Below are positions 1 to 10,709 of a stretch of DNA of 31,358 nt, in pieces (the stretch's first letter is position 1; the number at the start of each line of letters is the position of its first letter). The notes under the pieces were generated by a model. It was not told the DNA's origin. It saw only the letters and a program-made list of their open reading frames with translations, and did no database searches. Origin of the DNA: a virus (Duplodnaviria > Caudoviricetes); IMG/VR virus record IMGVR_UViG_3300017914_003069, positions 1-31,358 of that record, one strand, 5' to 3'. The translations under genes and the position numbers were made by a program.

Positions 1-3000
1 AAGGTGTGTTGATGTAATGCTTCCTGTACCAAGACCAAGTGCAACATCATCGACATCACTATCTCCCTGAATTGAGAAGTTTCCGGTGACAACACCTCCA
101 TCAAATGTTACTGTACGAGAACCCGACCATTTTGTAGCAGTGGATGCATTGCCATTCAATGTCGCGGTAATGGTTCCTGCTGAGAAGTTTCCAGATGAAT
201 CACGGGCAACTACTTTACTTGCTGTATTTAAATTTGTAGCATCAACACTGAATTTGGTTTTACGATTTGCATAAGCAGGATCAGACCCATTAGGTCCACC
301 AGACCAATCGGAAATACCATTAGAAACAAGATAATCACCTGCAACGAGAGAAAACTCTACATTTGATGAGGTACCTTCAAATGTTTTTGCAACAAGTCTT
401 TCAGTACCTAATGTCCACTCACCTTCACTTTCATCCCAAAGGAATGACTTGTTATCTGAAGTTCCACGTTCGACGATAAATCCTGCATCAAGTGATGGTG
501 TTCCATCTTCATTAGAATTGAGGACAATTACATTATCCTCAATATTGACCTCTTCAGCAGCTTTGAATACTGCAGAAGATCCACCATTCATGATTAGGTT
601 GCCCGATACAACTAGGTTTTCACTGACATTCAACTGTCCTGCAATTGTCACATCGTCAGGTAAACCTACAGTAACCGTACCACCAGATCTAGAAACATTA
701 ACCTCATTTGATGTTCCGTTAACAGTGATGACAGCACCACCTGAACCACCTGCCAAACTCACGTGACCGTTAGAGGCAACTTGAAATGAGTCTGGATCAA
801 AAGATGCAATACCATGAACCGCACGAGCAGCTAATGGAATACTATTGGCAGTAACTCCTGTCACCTGCCCCTTTGCGTTGACTGTAATTGTCGGTACTTG
901 AACACCGTCACCATATGTTCCCGCAGTAAGATCTGAAACAGAAGCAAGTTGAGAAGTAGATACCCCTCCATCTTTAATAGATACTGCACCCCCTTGAACC
1001 CCAAAGTCATTCGTATTGAAACTGGCAATACCTTTAACTGACGTTGTTGCTTCTGGGACAGAAGCAGTAAAATCACTACCATCTGCTGTTGAGATTGTAA
1101 AATCTCCTGTTGCATATGCAAATGATGAAACCCCTGCAACGGTTGTTGTCGAGATTGCAGTGACCAATCCCTTATCATTTACTGTAACAACAGGTATTGC
1201 GGTTGTGCTTCCGTACTGTGCTCCTGTGAGACCAGTAACAGTCTCCAACATATTACTGCGAATCGTCCCGTCTGTAACAGTATTGTTTGCATGCAGTTTA
1301 TTGTTTTTACCTAAAACTGTTGTCGACCCATCTTTAATGGCACCACTAATGAAAAGATTTTGCCATTGATTAGATGAAGTGCCAAGATCTCTGGTTGCTC
1401 CTGAAGGGACTAGATCACTGTCAATAGAAGCAGTAATTGTAACAGTGTCTCCAGTCGCATTACCAATATCCACATCACCTTGAAGATCAGTATCACCAGT
1501 TACAGTAAGATCTGTGAATGTGCCTTCTGGAGCAGATACTGTTTGACCATCCGATAGAGTCACATCTCCTTTTACAGTGAGAGCACCGTTGATTGTAGCA
1601 TCATTGTCCACAAATAAATTGTTTGCATATGCGTTGTTGGCATATACCTGTTCCCATCTTTCTGAGGTACTGCCAAGATCATAGTGTCCAGTGCCGTCAT
1701 CGGCATCGGGAATCACATCACCGCGTACTCTTGAGCTTGTATCAATTTCTACCCATGAACTATTAACTCGCATGTTGCCATCGAATGTCGATAGTCCTTC
1801 CACAGAGACGTTCGCAAAATTACCTTTAACAGTAATAGTATCTGTGGACGCATCACCAAGTTCAATGTCACCAGATAAGAATGTGTTTCCTGTGACGACT
1901 AATTCATCTTGGAATGTGGCATTAGAAGAGAATACAGTATTTCCGTTATGTACGGTCTTTCCTGTAACAGTGACTGTGTTAGAGAATGTTGCACTGCCTG
2001 TGAGAGTGGTAGATCCTCCAACAGTCAGATCACCGTTGGCATTTAAATTTTGTGAAACACCAAGTCCACTGAATACACCTGCACCACCATTCGTAGTGTC
2101 TGCCCATGCAGTTCCCCATTTACGTGCTGAAGAACCAAGGTTACCCGCTGCGTCAGTCTTAGGAATCAATGATGTCGCAACACCTTGACCAGAACCAGTT
2201 GCAATCGACAATTCATCAATGTTTGCAACACCGTCTACATATAGATTTCTCCACTCACGATTGGGTGCACCAAGATCATGCTGATCATCTTGTCCATCTG
2301 CAGGAAGAACATTTCCAGATGAAGATACCCCACCGAGTTCTACGTTTGACGTGAAACTCAGACGACCATCAGAATCTACTGAGAATACTTCTGTGTTTGT
2401 TGAATCTGTGATTACAAACTTAGAATCTCCATCGTCGTCGACGAGAGATAGGTAAACATCAGATGTTCCTGCGGAACCAGATGCCATGAAAAACCGCGCA
2501 CGATCAACTCCATTTGAAAGAATCAAAGCAGGAGAGTCATTGTTATCACTGAAAGAAGTGTTAGCACCAGAGAGAATGAGATGCGCAGAGTTTGATGATA
2601 GATCTGAAATGTCTCTTAAGGTCAATGATTTGAAATTGACCACATCACTTTCGTCTTCCATTCTAAGGAATTGACCTTTGGTACCACCAGTCAATCTGAT
2701 TCTGGAAATGTCTCCCATGATAAGTCTGTTTGCACCAGAGGTAGCAAAGTTCACATTGCCTTGGAAGATAGTATTAGATGTAATTGATAAAGTTACTGCA
2801 TTGACAGTTGCGTTAGAGTAAACGTTTAACCAAGAACCTGCGTCTGAGGTATTTCCAGATCTAATATCATTTGTTCTTAAGACACCTGCACTAAACGTTC
2901 CGTCGACATGAGAGTTTCCTTTTGCGTAACCTCCACGGTTAGCATCACCACCCGGATTCACTGTAATAGAATTATTCGATATTACAGTTGCCATCAGGTT

Positions 3001-3063
3001 AGTGTTCAGACGCCACGTTTCGAAATTGTCTGTTAAATTAGTATTTGAAATAGATACTGTCAT
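1..3063 (-). CDS. Long tail fibre / virion structural protein, partial (>1021 aa, runs off the window edge)
   Basis: Absent from the ORF track because no stop lies in the window. ATG at 3063 overlaps the TGA of the upstream gene (ATGA). It translates MTVSISNTNLTDNFETWRLNTN..., an N-terminus typical of T4-like cyanophage fibres. It is G/S/T-rich, with four (D/N)LG-x5-W repeats, two YG...TVNxKGxVT repeats and two A-x4-GIASF repeats. Confidence 0.8.
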   Translation of the reverse strand, partial: MTVSISNTNLTDNFETWRLNTNLMATVISNNSITVNPGGDANRGGYAKGNSHVDGTFSAGVLRTNDIRSGNTSDAGSWLNVYSNATVNAVTLSITSNTIFQGNVNFATSGANRLIMGDISRIRLTGGTKGQFLRMEDESDVVNFKSLTLRDISDLSSNSAHLILSGANTSFSDNNDSPALILSNGVDRARFFMASGSAGTSDVYLSLVDDDGDSKFVITDSTNTEVFSVDSDGRLSFTSNVELGGVSSSGNVLPADGQDDQHDLGAPNREWRNLYVDGVANIDELSIATGSGQGVATSLIPKTDAAGNLGSSARKWGTAWADTTNGGAGVFSGLGVSQNLNANGDLTVGGSTTLTGSATFSNTVTVTGKTVHNGNTVFSSNATFQDELVVTGNTFLSGDIELGDASTDTITVKGNFANVSVEGLSTFDGNMRVNSSWVEIDTSSRVRGDVIPDADDGTGHYDLGSTSERWEQVYANNAYANNLFVDNDATINGALTVKGDVTLSDGQTVSAPEGTFTDLTVTGDTDLQGDVDIGNATGDTVTITASIDSDLVPSGATRDLGTSSNQWQNLFISGAIKDGSTTVLGKNNKLHANNTVTDGTIRSNMLETVTGLTGAQYGSTTAIPVVTVNDKGLVTAISTTTVAGVSSFAYATGDFTISTADGSDFTASVPEATTSVKGIASFNTNDFGVQGGAVSIKDGGVSTSQLASVSDLTAGTYGDGVQVPTITVNAKGQVTGVTANSIPLAARAVHGIASFDPDSFQVASNGHVSLAGGSGGAVITVNGTSNEVNVSRSGGTVTVGLPDDVTIAGQLNVSENLVVSGNLIMNGGSSAVFKAAEEVNIEDNVIVLNSNEDGTPSLDAGFIVERGTSDNKSFLWDESEGEWTLGTERLVAKTFEGTSSNVEFSLVAGDYLVSNGISDWSGGPNGSDPAYANRKTKFSVDATNLNTASKVVARDSSGNFSAGTITATLNGNASTATKWSGSRTVTFDGGVVTGNFSIQGDSDVDDVALGLGTGSITSTHL

Positions 3064-3266
3064 TTACTTATCTCTGTAATGAGTTGATGAAGCATGGATT
3101 TGATTTCACCTATCTCTTGCTTCATCTGGTTTATCTCTGATTCTTTTTTTCTTTCAATATCCCGTCTCATTTTATAATTTTCGAGTGAGGTTAAATCGTC
3201 GTTTAACACTGCACTCGAATCCATGTCTCTTACGAGATCTTCATTATCTACTATTCTACACTTCAT
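3060..3266 (-). CDS. Small conserved hypothetical protein (coiled-coil C-terminus)
   Basis: 68 aa, translationally coupled to both neighbours. The LVRD..S.AVLN motif resembles the small gene usually found downstream of vrlC in marine T4-like phages. Confidence 0.75.
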   Translation of the reverse strand: MKCRIVDNEDLVRDMDSSAVLNDDLTSLENYKMRRDIERKKESEINQMKQEIGEIKSMLHQLITEISK

Positions 3267-6200
3267 TATTTCTGTAACGCAATTGCTCTCATGTCTCTAA
3301 CAACAGGTACAATGTTTGTTCCTGTACTTGTCAAAACAATCTTAATGGCAAACGTATTATATGTATGATGCACAGAACCATCACTAGATCTATATGCAAC
3401 AACTCCACTGTTAGCACTATTTAGTCGTGCATGCGAGTTAGCTGCTGTCAAGAATCCTTGTCCATTTGTATTTGCAGAGAATCCATATTCATACTCAATG
3501 ATGTCATCTCTATCAACAGAATCTGATCTTGTTTCTGCACTTGTAATCTGCGTCAATGGAGTGAAGTCTTTCAAAGAGAGATCTTCTGCATCTGAAGGAT
3601 TATGAATCTTTGCATAAACTTTAACGTCAGTTCCAGATGGTTTCCATGCACTCACGAACACCTTGAGATCTTCTGCATCGTTTCCTTTTGCAAGTTCTAC
3701 TGGTCTTGTGATATATCTAACCGACGCACTACCAACTTCTTTATGCTCATCAGTTGAGTCGTTATTGATTCTATTTTCAAGAACAATCGCATTACATCTA
3801 GATGTATCGATAACAGGTGATACACGAGTGTCAGTCGTATCAAGAGTGCCCTTAAAGATAAGAGTCTTCTTAGATGAATCAACTGCAGAGAGGGCATCAC
3901 CATTTGTGTGACCGTATACTTTCTTCTCCGCATCAGTGAAATCGTTCTCTTCGGAAATATTTACAGACTTGTAAGCACTGCTAATCACACCAGAAGTAGA
4001 GGTTGTTCTAACTGCCCATGTTGCACTTGTGTTGGCATATGTCAGTTGAGGAATCTTAGGAACAACTGTGTTCATGACGATGTTGTCGACAGATTCTAAA
4101 GTAGCAGTTGCAAGAGAAGATACCCCTCTTATATTATCACCTGCAGAGAATCCTCCCGTTGAACTTTCGATATGAATCTTTCTATTCGTAGTATCAATAA
4201 ACTTGACAAATCCTCTTTCAGTGCTACCTGTCTTCTGTACCTTTTCACCGAGTTTAAATGATCCATCGATGGTACTATATGTAAAGAAGTCAATGTCATC
4301 ATTTTCAATGTAAACTGTACCAGTGCTTGTAGTAAAGTCAGCACGATATAGTTTATACTTGAGATCTTCACTCTGAATAGGTGACCAAGTTTTATCGTTT
4401 GCAGAAGTGAACAAGATACCGCTTGCAGGTTGTTGGTGAATCAACTCATTCGTATCAACATCATCCTGTCCAAGTTGACCTACCCACAATGCATACTCAT
4501 CAGTATTACCACCCGGTAAGATAGTAATTGCATAGTCCTTTTGATTCTGAAGGAAAATTGGTGAATCAAATTCAAACGTTGTTGCATTGGTTGCGACAGA
4601 GGCATTGACTGTAACAGCAGATGCTTGCAATGTCTTAGAACCGTATGGTACGATAATTTCTGTCGGGAATCCATTTTCAACTTCACGAATCTGTACAGTA
4701 ACAGGATAAGTGCTTGACTTCTTACCAAAGAATAAGTCTAGTTTGGTAATGAACACACCTTCAGAGTCACCCACGTTAACAGAGAATGTCTGTGATAGAG
4801 GATCGTGTCGAGTTGTTGTTGTGGTTACCGTTGTGACTGTTCTGGTTCTAGAGACTCTTTGATCAGAAAGCTGCGGAACCTTCATGCTGATACTAGCACC
4901 TCTTTGCGCAATATCCAATTGAATTGCAGTGTAGTCACCATGAGCAGATGTTGTAACAAGTTCAGATTGAGTAATCGTGTTAGCAACATCCTTGAGAGTA
5001 AATCTCTTTGTTCCGATTCTGAACTTCAGATTGTCATCATTAGGGATTCTAAAGTTTGCATACAGAGTACCTGTAGAATCAGTTACAAGTGCAGAACCTT
5101 CAGCAGCGGTATTCGCATGACTAGAATCTGCAGGTGTGACATAACCTGATACCAATTCGTCTTCAAAGTATGGGTATACTCTGGTATTTGGTTTCATTCT
5201 GTAAGCAGTAATCTCAACGTTTCGTGATCTGATATAGTCACGAGTTGCAACATTCGTCACCATGTTACCGAGATCAAACGTTTCGGTTGATGGACTCATT
5301 GTTGTTCTGATGCCGTTTCTAATCTGATCTTCTTGAGTCGTAGTGGTTGTGATTCTTGTTCTACGATCAGGCATCGTACTTGTAGATGATGATTCGGTAC
5401 GAGTTGTTTGCCATGCACCCCAATCAATACCAGTAACACCAGTACGTCTTGCGATTTCTTCGATAGCAGAATACATGCCATCAAAGTCAACCTGAATATC
5501 AGGCAGTTCAGTGATATCTGGAGTATTGTCCATTGAAGGATTCAATTCAACTTCACCTTCCCAATTGAACGTTAGTTCCTGTACAGGATTACGTAATTTG
5601 GACGCATATGGTTGATTGATGAATTGTTCATGAGTGTAACTCAGAGTGATCAGATCACCTTTCTTCGTAACGTTTGAAGATGACAGAGTAACATCATCAG
5701 ATAGACTAACGTCATACCGATTGAATGAAGGACGCAGTTCAGTTCTGTTTCTGTCGATTGCGGCACGGTATCCAACTGCTTTCGAATCAGCAACGTTGTG
5801 TCCGTCGAAATTGTCAACCAAGAAACCATTCTTGAATCTGTCCAGTCCTGTATCACCAAAGATCTGCTTGTTTCGTGCAGAAGTTTCTAGAGCATTCAGT
5901 GAAGAGTAGTATTCAAGATTCTTAACTCTTTGATCGACTGCACGTAGATCTGCCATTGTATATCTACGATTGTTAACTACGTTCAGTCCAACCCTGTAAT
6001 CAAATCGATCAGATCTTTTCGCTGCTTGTGGAGATAGTGATGGGAATACAGGAATATTAACAGTTGCAATTGTCATTGCATGTGCACCACCGAATGGTTC
6101 TTGTGGAACCGGAGCAGGGATACCCTTAACAACTTCGATATTACCTTCTTTAGTCAAAGTAATCTTATCGATACGAGGCAGATAGAATTGAATATCTGTT

Positions 6201-8923
6201 TGGAAGTTCTCATCTGGTGTAGGACAATATGATCCTGACGAATCGATGATATACGTTGTCGATGCTGTTGGATTCGTAATCGATGGTGTTTGCACTGCAA
6301 CTGCGTTAGCAGATGGTGTAAGTGAACCATACGATTTTGTCTGTCTAAAGTCAACAGAGTCTCTCAAGTCAAAAGACTTGCCTGAGTATGGTGATACGAA
6401 TACAGGAATTTCTTCTGTACGAATATTAGAAGAACCAGAAGACTCACTATCGTCCACTGGATATGAATCGACTGAGAAGAAACCAATACCCGCAGAGGTG
6501 TCACGACCAAAGTAATCAAACTTAACAAGAAGACCTGCAGTTGTCAAGTCTAATGTGCTGTCTGGTTTTAACTTAATCGATGAAATATCGTAATGACCAT
6601 CTTTCTGACCGTCATCCAGAATGAAGTGATCTGTTACATCATCATCTTCGTCGTCGACTCCAGTGGCAGTACCTTTATATACCTTGACTAACTTAAATGC
6701 ATCAGGCACCCCGAGAGAATACGGTCCTTCAGAACTGTTTGGGTGTGTCGCACAGTTGATATGAACATACTTATTTCTGTTTGCAGTCTTAGAAGCAGGT
6801 ACTGCATTCGATCTATTGATGTCGAAATAAACAGATGCACTAAACGAACTCGCAAGGTTTGCTTGCTGTAGATCAATGTTGTGCTGAGTTGATGTTGATT
6901 GAATCTGTCCATTTGACGATGTGTCAAAGGTATGTCCTTTAGGGAATCTAGTTGCGTGAGCCAAAGTAGCAGAACTGGTTTCCATTGTAGGACTTAGACT
7001 ATTAACTGTCAAACTGGTGTCACTAGTAACAGATGAAATGATACCAATGTGTGTATTGACACCCTGAACAATCTTGATGACATCACCTTCTTTATACGAC
7101 TGTTGGAATGTTGTACTTGTTCCAGTGATTGTTGTTCCAGACACATCTGAAATATAACCTGTATGCGGTTCTGTGTCAACCTCTTCACGGGCAACAATGA
7201 TAATATTTCTTTCATCAGTATTTGTGAGAGGTAAACCTGTATCATTTAGTGTTTCAGTACCACCCGCGTGTGCTGTGTTTGGAGATACTGTACCAGAACC
7301 AGAAGCATCAAAGTTGATAGTCTTTTCCGTTCTAACAACAAACTGAGTATCAACATTGTTTGAAGAATCTTTGAGTGTCTTGGTTCCACTTTGTGTGAAT
7401 GGGAATACCATTGTTCTGAGTGGACTATCTTGAAGTACCGCGGCACCATTGGTCAAAACAACATCGGCAATTGCAGTTGCACCCGTGGTGTTTTCTTGAT
7501 AAATCGATTTAACATCTGAGAACGATCTGCCAGACTCCATTTGAATATCAAATAGGTAAAGTCTGAATTGACCATCAGAAGTTCCGGGTGTTCCTTCGTG
7601 CCATTGGAATCCACGAACAACCGCAGTGCCAATTTCAGTAGCACCAACTGTTGAAGTGTCACTGAAGTTAAGATCTGAAATTGCATCAAATGCTGTATCG
7701 TATAGACCAACGGTACGCAGACCTTGGAAGTCCCATGTACCAACTTGCTCATTAACAATTACATAATTACCAACAGTCTGTCCGATGACACGAGCATCTT
7801 TGGTTTCAAAATCTGTTGCTTTATCGAATGGACGTACAACTGTTTCATCGATTGAAATTCTATTACCACCAACATATGCAATAGCAGGTTCGATTTCTGC
7901 AACTAACTTGTTGATATCACCATCTTCATAACGACCAAAGTTATCAGTTCTTTTTAGATGCTCTCTGATTCTGACGTTAAATGGTTCTGTTGAGAAGTTA
8001 CCATTTGTTTCGAATATTCTGTTTGCTAGTAGATCATTGACACCAGACAATTCTCTGTTTGTTTGCTGTGTAACCAATCCCTCTTCAACGTTACCAATGG
8101 AAAAGAATGTAGTTGTATTTGCTGTGTCTGAAGTAATAGGACGAGTAGCAAGAATAGGATCCAGTTTAAGACGATCAGCACCGGGTGCACTATAGTTCGT
8201 AGCACCAGTTGCATTATCTAACAATGAAGAATCTTCATTCGAATCTACTGTGCTTTCACGTGTCTCAAATCCAACCTTGTTTGATGGGGTTGTACTGTAC
8301 TTCTCAAGAATGATTCCTTGAGCATCGACATTGATAAAGTGTCCTTTATGATAGATAACACCATCACTTACAGTTGCTCTTAATCCTAAACCAGTGGCAC
8401 CAGAAGCAATTGTGTTAGCTGCAACAACAAATGAGTCATCAGATCTTTGTCTGACGATCAGGGTTTCGTTATTTGCAAATGCCTTGACAGTGTTATTCGA
8501 TCCTGCGTTTGTATACTTAACAAAGATTGTTAGATAGTTTGGAGAGGCTGCTTCTGATCCCTCTTCAACTGCGATCAATTGTCCTTTGATTCCTGTGGTC
8601 TCACCAGTGACGACAGCATTAGCAACTGACCCGTCACTATTCTTGAAGTCATTAACAAGAACAACACGGTTGTTTGCATCCTTATCTCTTAGTTTGACGA
8701 AATCGATATTATCTGTTTTAAGACCAACACCGGAAACAACTCGACCATCGTAAACAACTTCGTTAGCAAATTTCTCAATTTGATTCTGAAGAATACTTTG
8801 AATCTGAGTCAGTTCTCTTGCCTGAACACCATACCCCGGTCTAAACAGAACACGGTGATACTTTTTGTCTTCATCAAAATCATCGAAATATGGACTTTGG
8901 TTTAGGTTGGTTTCGAGTGCCAT
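3266..8923 (-). CDS. VrlC-like (DUF4815) large virion structural / baseplate-associated protein
   Basis: 1885 aa. N-terminal NxSPYFDDF...RVLFRPGYGVQARELTQIQSILQNQIE and internal RRYTMxD...KNLEYYSSL...DRFKNGFLVDNF and DPLSQTF motifs are characteristic. It sits directly downstream of gp8. Confidence 0.85.
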   Translation of the reverse strand: MALETNLNQSPYFDDFDEDKKYHRVLFRPGYGVQARELTQIQSILQNQIEKFANEVVYDGRVVSGVGLKTDNIDFVKLRDKDANNRVVLVNDFKNSDGSVANAVVTGETTGIKGQLIAVEEGSEAASPNYLTIFVKYTNAGSNNTVKAFANNETLIVRQRSDDSFVVAANTIASGATGLGLRATVSDGVIYHKGHFINVDAQGIILEKYSTTPSNKVGFETRESTVDSNEDSSLLDNATGATNYSAPGADRLKLDPILATRPITSDTANTTTFFSIGNVEEGLVTQQTNRELSGVNDLLANRIFETNGNFSTEPFNVRIREHLKRTDNFGRYEDGDINKLVAEIEPAIAYVGGNRISIDETVVRPFDKATDFETKDARVIGQTVGNYVIVNEQVGTWDFQGLRTVGLYDTAFDAISDLNFSDTSTVGATEIGTAVVRGFQWHEGTPGTSDGQFRLYLFDIQMESGRSFSDVKSIYQENTTGATAIADVVLTNGAAVLQDSPLRTMVFPFTQSGTKTLKDSSNNVDTQFVVRTEKTINFDASGSGTVSPNTAHAGGTETLNDTGLPLTNTDERNIIIVAREEVDTEPHTGYISDVSGTTITGTSTTFQQSYKEGDVIKIVQGVNTHIGIISSVTSDTSLTVNSLSPTMETSSATLAHATRFPKGHTFDTSSNGQIQSTSTQHNIDLQQANLASSFSASVYFDINRSNAVPASKTANRNKYVHINCATHPNSSEGPYSLGVPDAFKLVKVYKGTATGVDDEDDDVTDHFILDDGQKDGHYDISSIKLKPDSTLDLTTAGLLVKFDYFGRDTSAGIGFFSVDSYPVDDSESSGSSNIRTEEIPVFVSPYSGKSFDLRDSVDFRQTKSYGSLTPSANAVAVQTPSITNPTASTTYIIDSSGSYCPTPDENFQTDIQFYLPRIDKITLTKEGNIEVVKGIPAPVPQEPFGGAHAMTIATVNIPVFPSLSPQAAKRSDRFDYRVGLNVVNNRRYTMADLRAVDQRVKNLEYYSSLNALETSARNKQIFGDTGLDRFKNGFLVDNFDGHNVADSKAVGYRAAIDRNRTELRPSFNRYDVSLSDDVTLSSSNVTKKGDLITLSYTHEQFINQPYASKLRNPVQELTFNWEGEVELNPSMDNTPDITELPDIQVDFDGMYSAIEEIARRTGVTGIDWGAWQTTRTESSSTSTMPDRRTRITTTTTQEDQIRNGIRTTMSPSTETFDLGNMVTNVATRDYIRSRNVEITAYRMKPNTRVYPYFEDELVSGYVTPADSSHANTAAEGSALVTDSTGTLYANFRIPNDDNLKFRIGTKRFTLKDVANTITQSELVTTSAHGDYTAIQLDIAQRGASISMKVPQLSDQRVSRTRTVTTVTTTTTRHDPLSQTFSVNVGDSEGVFITKLDLFFGKKSSTYPVTVQIREVENGFPTEIIVPYGSKTLQASAVTVNASVATNATTFEFDSPIFLQNQKDYAITILPGGNTDEYALWVGQLGQDDVDTNELIHQQPASGILFTSANDKTWSPIQSEDLKYKLYRADFTTSTGTVYIENDDIDFFTYSTIDGSFKLGEKVQKTGSTERGFVKFIDTTNRKIHIESSTGGFSAGDNIRGVSSLATATLESVDNIVMNTVVPKIPQLTYANTSATWAVRTTSTSGVISSAYKSVNISEENDFTDAEKKVYGHTNGDALSAVDSSKKTLIFKGTLDTTDTRVSPVIDTSRCNAIVLENRINNDSTDEHKEVGSASVRYITRPVELAKGNDAEDLKVFVSAWKPSGTDVKVYAKIHNPSDAEDLSLKDFTPLTQITSAETRSDSVDRDDIIEYEYGFSANTNGQGFLTAANSHARLNSANSGVVAYRSSDGSVHHTYNTFAIKIVLTSTGTNIVPVVRDMRAIALQK

Positions 8924-8933
8924 TTACTTTACC

Positions 8934-10709
8934 TTAAAAATCTAGGATAATTTTAAAATCTTCTTGTTGGTCTAAATCACGTGTAACAACTGCAATGTTC
9001 TCTGTGAATAGTACCTCTCCTGAGAAAGTATTTGCTTCCGGTCCTTTTATCTCTTCAACCGTTGCAATTTCTGTCTCACTTGTGCTCTTTAGAATAATAT
9101 CGTCTTTGACAAATGATGGTTTGTCACTATAACTTTCTACACTATTTAGGTACACGGTATAGAAAGATGTATCAGATTGTGTTTCGTCTTCACGAATATA
9201 AACAACTTGAGCATTAGCACCTTGAACTGCTTTTTCGAGAGAATCTGTTCTTCTCTGTGTAGGAGATAATTCTGTGATAAACTCTAGAGTTCCCTGTTCT
9301 GCTTTCAATCTCATCCTTTCATTGGTGATGATGTCTTTGACATTCAAATTATTAATAGGAGTATCCCCATCCATTTGATTGTATGAGATAACCATTCTCG
9401 ATGTTAATCTTAAAGTGTCAGGAGAGTTAGAAGTATTCGCAATCGTTTCTGTTTGAACAGTATTGTTATTAGCATCCACTTTGAGAATAGGATCACGGAA
9501 AACAGAAATAGATCTGAACTCTGTGTTTGATGGAATGTATCCGTTGCCGTTTGCTGAGATCCCTTGCTGTGCACTAAATTTAATATTCAGTGCTACCTTA
9601 TCACCACCAAGTTCTCTGACAGGATTGCTACCATGTCCTCCTACCGGAGAAATGATAACGTTAGCAGTTGCACCAGATCCATTCACAACATTTGATGTTA
9701 GGTATGCTTTGGCACGAGTATAGTTTTGTCCCGAATCAATAATTGATACGTTAGAAACACCTCCGTTACTATCGACTCTAGCATATGCTTTTGCACCTTG
9801 TCCGTCACCAATAATTGTAACAGTTGGTGATATGACAACACGACTATCCGTATTGGGAGTCGTAGTAAATGCAGTATTGACTGTCAACGTTTTTGTTGAT
9901 CCGACGTAATTTGTAATGCGTCTTAATTGTCCAGACCCTGTTCCTGAGATAATGTATACTGAGGATCCGTTGTAGATGTTGTCTACTGTCGATGCTTCAA
10001 CACCAGAACTTCCACTTAGTCTGATAGAGAATTTTCCACCCGCATCAACAACACCATTGTTGACTTGAAGATATTCGACCCCCTTATCATTGACTTCAAC
10101 AATTTCAATTGATCCATTAACAGATGCGTCTTGCACTGCCACTTGTCTGTCAGATTCTGTCGACCCATCAGTCGCAGAAATCTTCTTAACAGGCATATGA
10201 ACTTTTGTCAAGAACTTACTTGCATCACCCAGAGAAAGGGTGTACATGTATTTCCAAGTGTAACCATCGGATGTGGTGAATGGTGTTGTAGAAAATCCTG
10301 AAGGTTTTACTGTTGATGCCGCACCGCTATTATTGAAAAGACATTTATAGACATTGTATTCATCAGTTAAAACATAGTATGGACGTGAATATAGATTGAT
10401 GTCCCTGTCACGATACATTGCGTACACTTCACCGTTTGTCCAATCGTTCCTCAATGTGACGTGACTAACATCTGTCGCATTGATTTTCTTGGCACCAATA
10501 AATTCTCTTTGCGTTTGATACTGCAAATACTGACGACTGTCTACAGGAGCAGATGGTGAAGGTTCATTGTCGTATGGATTAATATTGCCGATTGCCGCGT
10601 ATAGAATCGTTGAGTTTTTCTCACTTCTTCCGTCTTCTCTATTTAAGGAATCGATGAATGCTTCAGCATTATTAATCGATAAATCTTTTGTTGCTAATTT
10701 ATTAGACAT
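8934..10709 (-). CDS. gp8: Baseplate wedge subunit gp8-like (with insertions)
   Basis: KKI...V..V..R.DW..G.VY, YYVLTDEYNVYKCLFNN and DGYTWKYMYT motifs; C-terminal EDFKIILDF; synteny after gp7. Confidence 0.85.
   Translation of the reverse strand: MSNKLATKDLSINNAEAFIDSLNREDGRSEKNSTILYAAIGNINPYDNEPSPSAPVDSRQYLQYQTQREFIGAKKINATDVSHVTLRNDWTNGEVYAMYRDRDINLYSRPYYVLTDEYNVYKCLFNNSGAASTVKPSGFSTTPFTTSDGYTWKYMYTLSLGDASKFLTKVHMPVKKISATDGSTESDRQVAVQDASVNGSIEIVEVNDKGVEYLQVNNGVVDAGGKFSIRLSGSSGVEASTVDNIYNGSSVYIISGTGSGQLRRITNYVGSTKTLTVNTAFTTTPNTDSRVVISPTVTIIGDGQGAKAYARVDSNGGVSNVSIIDSGQNYTRAKAYLTSNVVNGSGATANVIISPVGGHGSNPVRELGGDKVALNIKFSAQQGISANGNGYIPSNTEFRSISVFRDPILKVDANNNTVQTETIANTSNSPDTLRLTSRMVISYNQMDGDTPINNLNVKDIITNERMRLKAEQGTLEFITELSPTQRRTDSLEKAVQGANAQVVYIREDETQSDTSFYTVYLNSVESYSDKPSFVKDDIILKSTSETEIATVEEIKGPEANTFSGEVLFTENIAVVTRDLDQQEDFKIILDF

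Noticed and set aside
86-2674. Numerous + strand and off-frame ORFs in the track over the first 3 kb (and similar ones across 3663-14890)
   Set aside because: They are antisense or alternative-frame shadows of long minus-strand structural genes, with no SD and no recognisable motifs.
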